From Ginglymostoma cirratum (Eukaryota), in contig JAHRHZ010000061.1 in NCBI GenBank assembly GCA_024137785.1, forward strand, positions 16,392,207-16,456,206: a stretch of 64,000 bases of DNA, in the 5' to 3' direction. The position numbers and the translations under genes were made by a program. Each line of letters begins with the position of its first letter. The first letter of the stretch is position 1. The notes under the pieces were generated by a model that made no database searches, was not told the origin of the DNA, and saw only the letters and a program-made list of their open reading frames with translations. Below, piece by piece: positions 51,007-64,000 of this stretch.

Positions 51007-51306
51007 TTGATGGAACGTTATTTTTTGAGAGCAAGATTTCATCTGTGGTGAGAAACCACAGCACAGACGTCATCTGTAAGGCAGAAGGATGGAATCCTGA
51101 GCCAACTATCACCTGGACAATAAACCAAACAACTGTACATTCAAAAAGGTACACCACCATCATTTCTCCACCTTCAGGACATCTCTATACAGCTGTCAGC
51201 ACCTTAAATCTCACCCTTAGTGCAGATGCTGAAGTTACATGTCTGGCTGCCATAAAAGCACTTCCTCAGCCTAAGAATGCTTCACTTTACATCGCTGTGA
51301 AACCAG
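51007..51306 (+). CDS. IGSF5: IGSF5-like exon, Ig domain 2
   Basis: Acceptor ccacag and donor G|gtaagt, phase 1-1. Reads VDGTLFF...VICKAEGWNPEPTITW...TAVSTLNLT...VTCLAAIKAL. Confidence 0.93.
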
Positions 51307-52678
51307 GTAAGTACAACGCTTTATACTTTTACAGTGAGTTACTGATCTGTCACAATTTGAATTAAGCCGAGTATACATGTGGATTCTCTCAATGGGAGTC
51401 ACTAGGCAGGTTTTCGAGTTCAGGGGCAGGGATATCTTGCTGCAATTGTGTAGGGCCTTAGTGAGACCACTCCTAGGGTACTGTGACTGATCCCTGGGAT
51501 AGCAGGACTGACATATAAAGAGAGACTGGATTGTTTGGGACTATAATTCACTAGGATTTAGAAGAATCGGGGGTCGGGGTGATGTGGATCTCACTAACAC
51601 CAATAAGATTCTAACAGGACAAAACAAGATAAACGCAGGAAGCATGTTCCCAACAACCAGGAACCGAGAATCACAGTTTACAGATACAGGTAGGCAATTC
51701 AGGCTAGAGATAAATTGGAATTTCTTCGCTCGGAGAGAGGTGGGTCTAGTGGATTCTCTGCCATGGAATGGAGTTGAGACCAGAATATTGAATATTTTTA
51801 GAGCTAAAATGATCAAAGGGGAAAAATACAGGAACTGAGTTGGATGATCAGCCATGATCATTTTGAACGACGGAGCAAGATTAAAGGGCCAAATGGCCTG
51901 CTCCTGCTCCTTTTTGCTATGCTAAAGCAGCTTTCACAACCATAAGACATCAAAAAAATCACCTCACAGCTAAACACTTTTGTGAAGTGTAGTCACCGTT
52001 GCAATGTAGAAAATACGGCAACTAATTTGTACGCAGTTAGCTGCGTGAACAGTAATGTGATCATGACTAGTTGATTTATGTTTATGCTGTTGGTTGAGGA
52101 GTAAATGTTAGCTAGGTCAATGGAGTACGTTGTTGTGGGATCTTCAATGTCCATCTGAGAAAGCAGATCAGACCTTGTTTTAATATCTTAAGTTAAGGAC
52201 AGTATCTGTGACAGTTCAGCACTCCTGCAAAACGGTACTGAAGTACCAGTATGGTTTTTGCTTGAACCTACAGACCTTTGAACTCAGAGATGAGAGTAGT
52301 ACAAATGGACCCCTGGCTCATACATTGATCCATGTTAGGGTCTTGCGAATCTCTTTAAATTATGACTACCCCAACGCCACAAAAGTAATACACAATATTG
52401 TTCTGAGAGACTAAAGACTGAGAGTCATAAATGTAACGTTTTGTGACAATTATATCAGAAAAAGACCAAAAAGCGATTTATATTTCAGGTGAGATAGAGA
52501 GAGAATTTGATCTTAATGTCAATTTCACTCTGGTGCTTTAAGACATGACCTTGAGTTCATACCTTGTAGCTCCTTGTCACTTGTCTATCATTAGTCCATG
52601 TAATGTATATTATCAAGAATGATTGCGTGCTCAGGTTATCAGCTACTAAATAATTCCTTGAAGTGTTTGACTCTACAG

Positions 52679-52795
52679 TCAGTCAAGATCGGACCTGGTT
52701 AATTGTTGCTATTGTGGTGCCTATCGCCGTGGTTCTCCTGCTTATAATACTCATCATCGTGATTGCTTTCTGCATAAAATGGAACAAGCATTCTG
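52679..52795 (+). CDS. IGSF5: IGSF5-like exon, transmembrane
   Basis: Acceptor ctctacag and donor G|gtcagt. Reads VSQDRTWLIVAIVVPIAVVLLLIILIIVIAFCIKWNKHS. Confidence 0.92.
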
Positions 52796-54488
52796 GTCAG
52801 TGCCTTTTTTACATATATCCTTTCAGTGGTGATATATATTATATATGCTTGCAATTTTTTTATTGTGCTTGTTCTTTGGTTGCCACGTATTACATTAAAT
52901 TTGTAATGCACAAGGAGGAGGCGATGGCCTGGTGGTATTATCGCTGGACTGTTAATCTCAAGACCCAGGTAATATCTGGGGGACCTGGGCTTGAATCCCA
53001 CTGCGGCAAATAGTGGGATTTGAATCCAATTTTTGGGCAGCATGGTGGCACAGTGGTTAGCACTGTTGCCTCACGCCACCAGGGACTTGGGTTTGATTCC
53101 ACCCTCAGGCAACCGTGTAGAGTTTGCACATTCTCCCTGTGTCTGCGTGCGTTCCCTCCGGGTGCTCTGGTATCCTCCTGCAGTGTGCAGGCTAGGTGGA
53201 TTGGCCATGCTAAATTGCCTGTAGTGTTCAGGGATGTGTAGATTAGCTGGGTTATAGGGGGATGGATCTGGTGGGATGCTCTGAGGGTCGGTGTGGAATT
53301 GTTGGGCTGAAGGGCCTGTTTCCACACTGTAGGGATTCTATGATCTATACAAGGTAAAAGTGGATACTGGTTTGATGTTGTATAATCATGATATTCATAC
53401 AAGTGGGACATTCTTGTCCCTAAAATTCATCACCTGATTGTTGCAGAATTTAATCCTGACTTCAGTGACTATATCTGATTTTTTCTTTGCTCTCACGGCT
53501 TTTGATGTCTAACTTATTTTAACTAGAAAGGGTGCACTAAAAGCTTTACCATAAAGAAACTAAATTCTGCAGTTTAAAGGGAGATAGGAAAGGGACATAG
53601 GAATGCAGTGATCTTGAGTAGGCCACTGAGAACAATTTGAAAAATAGACCTCAAATGGTACCTCTAAAAACAACCAGAAAGTTTACTTCTTGCATTTGCA
53701 AATGCTATCCATTACTTTTCGGGAATTCCCCATGTGTTCATGCCATCCATGTAAAGAAGTTAAATATAGACTACTGTTGAAAAAGTGTCATGCAGTCAAA
53801 GCTTTTCATTTTACACTCCATCAGGACAAAAGTGCAAGAATTGTTATTCCATTTAAATTTGGTATTCTTGCAATTCAGTTCTGATGACTGTAAGACTGTC
53901 ACTCTTCTCATCAATAATCAAGTACTATACTGTGGGCCAAAGTGTGCCAAAGAAAACTAATCAGTAATCAGTTGGTTACCTAAGTTGGACTAAAATTAAT
54001 TGAACTAAAATCACTGCAGTGCGTTCAGTCCAGTGCATGTCCTCAGAGGTTTATTTGAAGTCATTACTTTGGCCCTTCAAATTAATTACATTATCTCCAA
54101 TGCCAGCATATTGCGTTTTAAGCAGTGAAACTCCTTACTACCTTCTTCAGTTCAGTGGCTATTAGATGTTATTAGAACCCAAATCTGCAATCTTCTAATC
54201 GTGAGGTTATGATTTACCACATCCATTCAGCTTTAATCATCACTTGCACTGTCTGCTTTGGCTTTTCACCTATGTGTGACACAAAATAAATTCTCGCTCC
54301 ACCAGCTTAACACACAAAGACATACATGCACAAAGACCCAGCTAAGATATCAACTTGCATTAGAAAGAACATTCCACTTGAGAAAATAGCAAGAGCTACC
54401 TGAGAAATTATCTTGTTATCTTCAAAGTACTTTTAATTAAATAATTGATAATTTTAAAATTACAGCTGTATTTTTCTTTTCCTCCTAG

Positions 54489-54513
54489 AATCAAGTTATC
54501 AAGATGAAATAAG
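54489..54513 (+). CDS. IGSF5: IGSF5-like 25-nt cytoplasmic micro-exon
   Basis: Strong polypyrimidine acceptor tttttcttttcctcctag and donor AG|gtaaac, phase 1-2. ESSYQDEIR resembles the recalled mammalian JAM4 ESTYQNEIR. Confidence 0.85.
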
Positions 54514-56226
54514 GTAAACATCACGGATAGGATCTTTTACAACGTTGTGCAATTGTTTCAGAAGGAAAATGTGTCATATTCCAGATTTCCCAGCGTTATA
54601 CTGAATGGTGCAGGCCAGATTTAGTGCCGAGCTAGGACAGTCATAGCCAAGCTGGCGATAGATAACCGTTGAAAAATCTGCCTACCTCAGCCTTGAATAA
54701 ACTTAATGACCCAGCCTTTATAACCCATTGTTGTAAAGAATTCCATCAATTCCTTCTCATTTCTGTCTTAGATGTGTAACGTCTAACTCTAAGATTATGC
54801 CTTCTGGTTGCAAGACTCTCCCACAAAGGGAAACAACCTTTCCACACCTACACTGTCAAGTCCCGTGAGAATCTTTTATACTTTAATGAGGATGTCTCTC
54901 ATTCTCCAAACTCCAGTGAGTTCAGGTCTAACCTACTCAGCCTCTCCCCAGAAGATAATCACTGCATATCTGTAATAACAAAGTGTAGAGCTGGATGAAC
55001 ACAGCAGGCCAAGCAGCATCAGAGGAGCAGGAAAGCTGACGTTTCGGGTCTAGACCCTGCATATCTGTACTCAACCTAGTGAACCCTTCCTGCACAGCCA
55101 CCAATGCCAGTATATCTTTCCTTCGATAAGGGAACCAAAATTTTGTTCGCAGGGTTCCAGCTGCTGTCTGATTGGTGCCTTGTATGGTTTTAGCAAGACC
55201 ACCTTATTTCTATAACCCATTCTCTTCGAGATAAAGGCCAGTGTTCCATTTGCTTTCAATACTTCCTGCTAAATACACCACCTCTATTCTTCATGCCAAA
55301 TGTGATAATCTTACATTTTCCAGCATCTGCCAAGTTTTTGCCTACTCACTGCCTATATCCCTCTGCAGACACTTTGTGTCATCTTTAGCCACTCACATTC
55401 CCACCCATTTCTGTTAAAGTCAGCATAGGAAAATGTCACCAATTCTGGGGAGACTAAAACAAGGGGCCATGGATAGTTCACAAATTAAGCATCGCCTATT
55501 TAGAGATGAAGCAACTATTTTTCACTCAGACGATCATTAGTCACTGGAGTTCTCTTTCTAAGAAAGGTGAAAGCAGAGTCTAATGCATGCTTTTTAAGGC
55601 AGATGCAGATAGATTCTTGTTAACTAAGGGGCTGAAGGGTTATCAGGTTATACAGTCAGGTTATACAGGCACAGGCCCCTTTGTTTATTTACCAGGCCAG
55701 TTGGCCTCACCTCTACGCTTTGAATTCCAAAGTTACTGCTTTGTCCTGAATTTGGATTCTGTTTCACACTGTTTAGTCATTCAAAAGTCTACTGTTTGAA
55801 TCCAAAGTACTTTCTGCAAGAACTATTTGTTTGTAGCTCGATCTGTATAGATAAGAAACCCAGAGCTTCTGCTCTGTTCTAACTCTATTGACTTAGACAT
55901 GATTAATGTATCATCATCACATATGCAGCTGATGTTACTCCCATATCCCTAATATAACTGTGCAATGAATTAATTGCACAAATAGTGGGATGGGCCTTGT
56001 TTTATTCCTGCTTCTAGCGTTTTGTAAAAATTCTTCTGCCTGTGCTTAAATGCACTTGGTCATTCTCATTTTGATCAGAGTTTATTTGCCCCCATGCACT
56101 ATTGAGAAATAAACAGTCCTGTTACTCACTCTCAGCCATTCAACAACCTATGTATAATTTTCTAGATCAGATTTTACATTTGTATGAACTCCATTTTGAT
56201 CCTGCTACTCTTTTCGTCACTCTTAG

Positions 56227-56339
56227 AAAAATATCAAAGAGGAAAACTGTTGACAAGACTGTAGATGAACAGAAAAGCTCTGGGCTGGAAAATTTCGGAA
56301 TGTCTTCTGAAAGCGTGGATGATTTCATCTTCCCTTCTG
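56227..56339 (+). CDS. IGSF5: IGSF5-like cytoplasmic exon
   Basis: Acceptor cttttcgtcactcttag, phase 2-1, donor G|gtaggt. Reads KISKRKTVDKTVDEQKSSGLENFGMSSESVDDFIFPS and contains the family-like SGxENxG motif. Confidence 0.82.
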
Positions 56340-59300
56340 GTAGGTGATGAAATGCACATCTCTCTGTATTAACAAATCTGTTGACATCATTGAGCAAACT
56401 TGTCTCAGAGACTTATCATGGCCCCTAACTCAGTCTTCTCAGCAAACTTTAATTTAGATAAATATTTTGAGATGAATTTGTGCTGACACCCAAATCACTT
56501 TAAAAAATTTGCAAGGCAAAAGATGGGTGTCGCCTCTTCACTCAGGACGGGTTGACACTGGAAACTGAGTGAAAGAGTATTTAAAAAATGATCCTCTTGT
56601 ATCCAGCAGAAGGAGCTTAATGATGGGGAAAATACAGCTTTTCATTTAGTAAATGTTAAGGAGGAAAAGGATCAATAAATTAGGAAATAGGCAAAGGATC
56701 AACAAGTTGGAAAATAGGCAATAATAACACAAAAGAAAAATGGTGCAATATTAAAGGAAAAAGCAAGGAAATTAGGCTAACTCTTTATTTATTACTTATT
56801 CGTGAGATGTGCGCTTGATTGCCTGGGCTAGCATTTATGGCCTATCCCTAAATGCCCTTGAGAATGTGGTGGGGAGCTGGCTTCTTGAACTGCTACAGTA
56901 TTGGGGTGACCTGCAGTCAAGTTCTGAAGGCAGTTATATTTTCTTGATCTAGTATCAGTGTAGGAATGGTAATTTAGGTCCACGTCAGGACAGTGAGTGC
57001 CTTGGAGGGAAACTTATAGATGTTTGAGGTTCCCATGTATCTGCTGTCCTTGTCCTTCTAGATGGAAGTAGTCATGAGTGTGAAAGATGCTATTGAAGGA
57101 CCCTTGGTGAGTTGCTGCGGTGCAGTTGGAAGATAGAGAAGGGTAGGCATATTCTCTGAAGAGCAGAGGTTAAAAAGGATTTCGTACAGTTATTGACAAG
57201 CATGAGAGGTTTTGATAGAGTAAAGCTATGTGAAGGATGCTGTGAAACTTGAAAGGGTTCAGAAAAGATTTACAAGGATGATGCCAGGGTTGGAGGGTTT
57301 GAGCTATCGGGAGAGGCTGAACAGACTGGGGCTATTTTCCCGGGAGTACCGGAGACTGAGGTTTATAAAATCATGAAAGGCATGGTTAAGATAAATAGAC
57401 AAGGTTTTTTTCCCTGGAGTGGGGGAGTCCAAAACTACAGCACCTAGGTTTAAGGTGGGAGGAGAAATATTTAAAAGGGCAACGTTTTCACGCAGAGGGT
57501 TGTGCATGTTTGAATGAGCGGCCAGAAGAAATGGTGGAGGCATTTAAAGGCATCTGGATGCATATATGAATAGGAAGGATTTTGAGGGATATGGGCCAAA
57601 TACCGGCAAATGGAACTAGATCTATTTAGGAAATCTGGTTGGCGTGGATGAGTTGGACAGAATGGTCTGTATCTGTGCTGTACATCTCTATGGCTCTATG
57701 ACTTTAGATAGGGTGAAGCTGTTTCCATTGGAAGAAGGTTGGTAACCAGGCAACTATCAAAGCGTGAGAATTTGTTTTATAGTTTGATTTATACAGGATG
57801 CACGGCATGAAAAGGTGGCAGGCAGGTTCAATGATGTAGGTTGAATTACAACTGTCAAAAGAGACTTACTGAGAATTCTCAGCCGGGAAAGAACAGGGCA
57901 ATGGGAATAATTGGAGGTCTTTGAACGACAGCAATTCATAATGGTTTGAATGGCTTCTTTTTCTGCTGTATCAATTTATACTGCTGCGAAAGAGAAAGTA
58001 GAGGCAGTTCAAAGGCAAATGTCCAGTCAAGGGAGTGATGGAGCCATTTAGAAACTAACATGGAGATGTACTGCTGGAGGGAGCAAGCATGATTGAAATT
58101 TGACATGAGTAATTTGCATTGACGTTTATCTAAGCTATGGTAAACAAGGAGCGTACCTGAATAATGGCAATAAAAATAAGAGGAGGTGTGAGAGAGGCAG
58201 ACATTATGAAGTAGGTAAGTCTGGATAGGATCCATTCAAACTTACTAAAGGAAGGCAGAACAGAAATTGCAGGATCCTGGCCAAAAGCTTCTGATTCTCT
58301 GTAGATAAAGGACTGCTGTCAAAGCATTGGAAGATCAGGAAAGGAGATGATCAAAATTCAAGAAAGTGGAGAACAATAAATCTAGAAATTACAGGCTAGT
58401 CAGTTTAGTGCCAGTGTGGGGAGGCTTGTAGAAACAGTATTTGAGAAAGAAGTTAAAATCCACGTCAACTACCATGGACTAATATAGAAGAACAGTATCG
58501 GAACAGACCCTTCAGTGCAACTTGTCCATGCCGACCAAATATCTTAAATTAACCTAATCCCAATTTGCCAGCATTTGGCCCATATCCCTCTAAATCCTTC
58601 TTTTCATGTACTTCTTCAAGATGCCTTTTAAATGTTGTAATTGTACCAGGCTTTACTATACCCTCTGGCAACTCATTCCATACACGCACCACAGTCTGCA
58701 TGAAAATGTTACCCCTCACGCCCCTTTTAAATCTTTCTCCTTTCACCTTAAACTTATGCCATCTTGTTTTGGACTCCCCTATCATGGGGAAAAAACCTTG
58801 GCTATTCACCCTATCCATGCCCCCTCATGATTTTAGAAACCTCTATAAGGCCATCACTCAGCCTCTGATGCTCCAGGGATAAAAGCCCCAACCTATTCAG
58901 CCTGTCTCTATAGTTCAAACTTTCCTATCCCGGCAACATCTTTGTAAATATTTTCTGAACCTTTTCAAGTTTCACGACATCTTCCTATAGTAAGTGGCAT
59001 CACCAATGTCCTGTACAGCTGCAATGAAGACAAGCGAAGCGAATGCTTTTTTCACCATCATGTCTATCTGCAACTTCACTTTCAAGGGACTATGCACCTG
59101 CACTCCTAGGTCTCTTAGTTTGGCAACATGGCCCAGGGCTGTACCATTAGCTGTATAAGTCTTGCCCTGGTTTGCATTACCAAATGCAAAACCTCACATT
59201 AAACTCCATCTGCCACTCTGCTGACCGTTGGCCCACTTGATCAAGGTCTTGCAGAACTCTGAGATAATCTTCTTCACTACACTCCAAAGTTCAGCTTTAA

Positions 59301-60186
59301 TGCAGACCCACCAGGTGCCTGCTGTGCCTTTCATGTCGAGAACTGTCACCATCTTGTTTCTGTCTGTTGCGTGACAGAACATTAAAATGCATATGGATGA
59401 GCTGAGGGTAAGTAATAGTGAGATGTTAATGGGTGCAAACAGTCCTCTCACCCCTCATCCTGCTGTTCAAATCTCAAGTGCAAAACTGGACCGTTTGCCT
59501 TGGCATCTGAAAAGTTACTTTTTTGTTCTTTCCCAAGCAACATATCATTGCCCACATCATTCAGTGGTTGGGAAAATTCAGCCCAGTGAGACCATTTCCA
59601 ATGGATGAAATGTGTTAGCTCGAATCGGTCTGCTGGTTTGCAATATTGGGTGATGCCAACAGTGCGGGTTCAGATCCCACATTGGTTGAGTCATCATGAA
59701 AGGATCTCCTTCTTCATTCTCCCCTCACCTGAGGTATGGTGACCCTTAGGTTAGACCATCACCTGTCATCTCCCTCTCTCTCTCTCTCTGTGTGTAATGA
59801 GAAAGTTGGACTGTAGGAATTTTATCTTTGTAATCAGCAGAGGACAGACTATGTGCATGTAAGGACAAAACTTTCTTTTTAACGCAACAATTGGTTAGGA
59901 TTTGGAATTCACAGCCTGATAGGGTGATGTATGCACATTCCACTGTAGAGGAAAGTTGTATTAAAATTAAGAGGAAGAAAATGGGACAAGAAGCTTTTTT
60001 GTTAAATTCATTGATGTGGGCATGCTGGCTGGGCCAACATTTATTGCCCATCCCTAATTGCCCCGGTGGGCAGTTGAGAGTCACCTACATTGCTGTGGGT
60101 CTGGAGACCAGACATAAAGATGGCAGTTTCCTTCTCTAAAAGACATTAGTGAACCAGATGGGCTTTCCCAATAATCAATTCATGGT

Positions 60187-60401
60187 TAACAACAACTAAA
60201 ACAAAGTTGCTGGAAAAGCTCAGCAGGCCTGGCAGCATCTGTGAAGGGAAAAAAACTGATTTAACATTTTGGGTCCAGTGACCCTTCCGCAGAACTCAGA
60301 ACTCTGTTCTTTTCTTCACAGTTGCTGCCAGACCTGCCGGGCTTTTCCAGCAACTTTGCTTTTGTTCCTGATTTACAGCATCCATGGTTCTTTTGGTTTT
60401 T
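60187..60401. mobile_element. Palindromic PLE family B mini-element nested in a SINE
   Basis: Inverted arms (aaagttgctggaaaagc...gcagcatctgtgaag / cttcacagttgctgcc...cttttccagcaacttt). A 13-bp TSD atcaattcatggt lies at 60174-60186 and 60402-60414. Confidence 0.88.
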
Positions 60402-60972
60402 ATCAATTCATGGTCATTCGACTCCTAATTACAGGTTTTTTATTGGATTCAAATTCTACAGGCTGCCAGGGCAAGATTTGAATGTGGGCAGCCAGAGCAT
60501 TAGCAGAATTTCTGAATTAACAGTCTAGGAAACAGTACCGTTGCCTCCCCATGTGCAACACTGGGATTAAATGGATTTCTGTTTGAAAGCGCTGACATTG
60601 AGTTTAGAAGCCAAATGATCTCCTTCTGTGTTGCACCATTATCTGGTTCCAAGATTTCTTTCAATTTTATTGGAATTGGCCCCACTGACAAACAGTCTGC
60701 TTTCAGAGCTATCATTTGCTCAAGTCTAGCACTTATTTGCCTTTCTCCACCCTCTACATAATGCTAGATAGAAACAGATCATAGGAAGAAAAGGCTTAAA
60801 AAAAACTGGCCATAAAAATTAAGGTGCAGATGCTGAAATACTCAATGATGGTCAAAGTATATTTTTGAACTAAATTATGTGGCGAATAAAATACAGTTTA
60901 TTTACATTGATTTTGAATGTAAAGTGACGTCATCTAATTTTATGTTGCTTGTTGTACTTGTTTCTTGACCAG

Positions 60973-61034
60973 CTGTTCCTGCAACTATTCAGGCAGACTC
61001 ACAGTCCAGCAAAGAAAACATTTATACCTTGAAG
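60973..61034 (+). CDS. IGSF5: IGSF5-like cytoplasmic exon (gene continues beyond it)
   Basis: Acceptor ttgtttcttgaccag and donor AAG|gtaagc, phase 1-0 and compatible with the previous exon. Reads AVPATIQADSQSSKENIYTLK with no stop. Confidence 0.72.
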
Positions 61035-64000
61035 GTAAGCACAATGAATTTCATTAATATTAGTCTCCCAACCTTACAAAGATCTAACATGAAGAAAGAA
61101 CAAATCTAACGGGCGTTGCTTTAGGCTACTCTGAGTTTCAGTTCAACTTGTCTGATTTTTGGGAAAATAACAGGAAACCAAGTTTTGGTATATGTATCCT
61201 AAAAAACTTAATGTTCAATGGCATTATTATTGCTGACTTCTTCCCAATAGCTCATGGGTTGTGGGCATCATTGGCCCAACCAGCATTTATTGCTTATCCC
61301 TAATTGCCCTTGAACTGAATGGCTTGCTAGGACATTTCAGAGGATACTTAAACATCAACCATATAATTATAGGTCTGGAGTCACATGTTGGCCAAACCAT
61401 GTAAGGACAAAAGACTTCCTTTCCTAAAACGCATTCATAAACTAAATGGGTTTTTCTCTGCCACTATCAAAAGTGGTCACATGGTCACCATTAGGCCAGC
61501 ATTTTTAAAAATCAGATTCACATTTCATTATCTACAGTGGTGCAGTTTGAAGTCTTGTCCCTAGAACATTAGTGCGGATTTTGGATTGCTTGTTAAGTGA
61601 CTTTAACATTATGACATCCCTACCCAATAAATCAACAGCATTGTTGATCAACAGTAACAGGATTAGCATTGATCAGTAACTGAAGTAGACCAGCCATATA
61701 AATACTGTGGTTGCAAGAACAGATCAAAGGCAGGGGCTTCTGCTGCTAGTAGCTCAATTCTTGTTTCCTGAGTGGCTGCCCATTGTCTATAAGGCACAAG
61801 CCAGGATTTGTTCAACTTCAACAAGGCTCAAGAATCTTCACACCATTAGGACAAAGTAGTTTGGACGTTATCCAACACCTACAATATTCACTTCCTTTCA
61901 CCACCGGTGCACAGTGGCAGCAGTACAAGATGCACTGCACCCACTCAGCAAGATTCCTTCGATAGCACCTTCCAAATCTGCGACCAACAGGGGCAGAAAA
62001 TGCATAGAGGCACCACCACCTGCAAGCTCCCCCTCAAGCCACATACCATTTTAATTTGGAACAATATCAGCATTCCACTACTATCACTGGGTCAAAATCT
62101 TGGAATCGTCTTTCTAGCGACACTGTAGGTACCCCTTGGACTGCAAGGCTGCAGTGATTCAAGAAGGCATCTCACTACCACCTTCTCCAGTGCACTTAAT
62201 GATGGATAACAACCGAGCCAGTGACACCCTTAAACATGAAATACTTGAAAAAAAACAGAAATTTTAATACATGTGAATGGCTAGAGGCTGGAACATACTG
62301 CATGTCAGAGTGTGGTGGAGACAGATTGAATTATGGCTTCTTCAAAGGAATTCGTTGGTTATGTGAATAGAAATTCATTGCAAGACTGGGTAGGGATGTG
62401 AGATGTGCTGAGTTGCTCCAGTGAAACCCAAACTGAGTGTCAGTGAGCTGGACATTCCTTTCCAGGTTGTGTTTGATGACACTATTGATATCCTTTTGCT
62501 GATGATCAACGGCAGAGCAATTGGGCAATATTTGTCCCGGTTAAATTTGTTCTGGTTTGTCTGGACATGACAAAATTGGACAATTTTCCACACTGTTGGG
62601 TAGACCCTCCTCCTTCACCTCCTTTTTTCATTGGCCACCTCTGTCCATGAATGGATGAGGCAGCACTGCAGAGCTTGGATCTGACCTGTTGGTTGTCGGA
62701 TACCATTGTCTTGTATATTGCACACTGCCTTCACAGTTTGGCATACAAGCAGCCTGATTTATACGTTCACTGGGTGACACCTCATTTTTGGATAACACTC
62801 TTGGCATGCCCGATTTGATGATCGCCTCATGCTGAGCCATGAGATTATAAATTTTGTTGGAGTACAATTCTGTCACTGATGATCATCCACTGCACCTCAT
62901 GGAGCCCAGTTTTGAGTTGTTAATCTGCTTGAGGTATGTCTTATTTATACCTTCAGTGAGTACTCCTTGGTCTTGTTGCTTTGAATGGGAATAGTGCTGA
63001 TATATTTTAGATAACCCATTTAATACAATTAATTGTGAGAAGTGCTTCAAAACCTATAGGTCTGCATGTATAAATAGAAGGGCTATTGCTTATTAGGTTT
63101 CAATTCAATTTTTATAGCTGAAGTAAGAATTTAACTGACAGATAGCGTAAACATTTGATTGAACTGATGGAAGCCAAGTTTTTGAAAATTGAATAAATTG
63201 TTCCGAAGACCAAAGCCTAAAGTGGTTGAAGTGAAAGGATTAAATCAGAATGGGATTGATTTTCATTCCTGGCCCAATTTGGGATGCCAAGACGGCAATA
63301 TACTGTAAAAGTGTTAACCTCCCTTCTCCTAGAGCCTCACTCCTTTCTTTCTCTATAAATTTCTTCATTACTCTACCTACCTTTATCAAAAAGTCAGATC
63401 AGTTCAGGTAGAGGTATGATATAGCAAAGAAAGGGAGTTATTATTGGGTTCAGTTTATAGCCATTCTCACAGGAGCTACACTGTTGAACGAAGTATATAT
63501 TATGAAGAAATTAGATGTATAAAAACACACTTTAATAACCTGGGAGATTTTATTCTTCGTGTAGATTAGATGAATCAAATTGGTAACAGCAGCTTGGAGG
63601 ATGACTTAATAGAGTACATAAGGGACAGCTTCCTAGAGCAACACATTCTGGTTGCAAGCAGGCAATTTTAGAGTTGGCAATATGTAATGAGACTGGATTA
63701 GTTAATGACCTTATGGCATATTACTTCACACTGACCATGGTGAGCCTGTGGAATTCTCTACCACCAAAAGTAGCTGAAGCCAAAATAATGAATATTTTCA
63801 AGGAGGAGTTAGATATTATGCTTGGGACTAAAGGGATCAAAAGATATAGGGAGAAAGTGGAACAGGATACTGAGTTGAATGATCAACCATGATCACATTG
63901 AATGGTGGAGTAGGCCGGAAAGGTTGAATGGCCGACACTTGCTCCTATTTTCTATGTTTCTAAGGATTCTTTGGGTAAGAGTGATCATAATATGATGGAA

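Larger units (their letters stand above)
12545..63962. mobile_element. Further dispersed CR1/HER1-like 3' fragments (collective entry)
   Basis: Approximate copies: 12545-13000 -, 18320-18750 -, 20520-20995 +, 22390-22505 -, 22518-23025 +, 23645-24010 +, 25228-25750 -, 31925-32370 +, 38480-38892 +, 41940-42215 +, 48853-49460 -, 51400-51920 +, 54655-55410 -, 57230-57705 +, 58485-59270 -, 63720-63962 +. All show RRFTRM/WNxLP-type motifs or the CR1 3' UTR. Confidence 0.8.

Noticed and set aside
63100-63140. Candidate terminal IGSF5 exon after ttttatag
   Set aside because: It reads LK* in phase 0, with no PDZ-binding-type ending or other support. The true last exon is probably outside the window.

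Overview
Vertebrate genomic DNA, almost certainly a cartilaginous fish (shark). This is inferred from HE1-type V-SINEs, HER1/CR1 LINEs and abundant Penelope-like elements. The window is mostly decayed and nested transposable elements, and most ORFs in the supplied track are TE fragments or noise. One host gene is clear: a + strand IGSF5 (JAM4)-like gene with seven coding exons at 42301-61034 (signal peptide, two Ig domains, TM, cytoplasmic exons), splicing in frame to 326 aa; the last exon was not found in the window. The most unusual item is at 1-1419, the 3' end of an endogenous retrovirus (decayed env, polypurine tract, 3' LTR). Its TM subunit has the filovirus-GP2/avian-leukosis-type architecture: a Cys-bounded internal fusion loop and both Ebola-GP2-like N-glycan sequons. 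The ORF track misses it because of a frameshift and stops. Also notable: many TSD-flanked, often palindromic, hammerhead-ribozyme-bearing Penelope mini-insertions from two families, and two insertions copied from DNA about 1 kb away. All homology calls are by eye and from memory; no database searches were run, and repeat boundaries are approximate.
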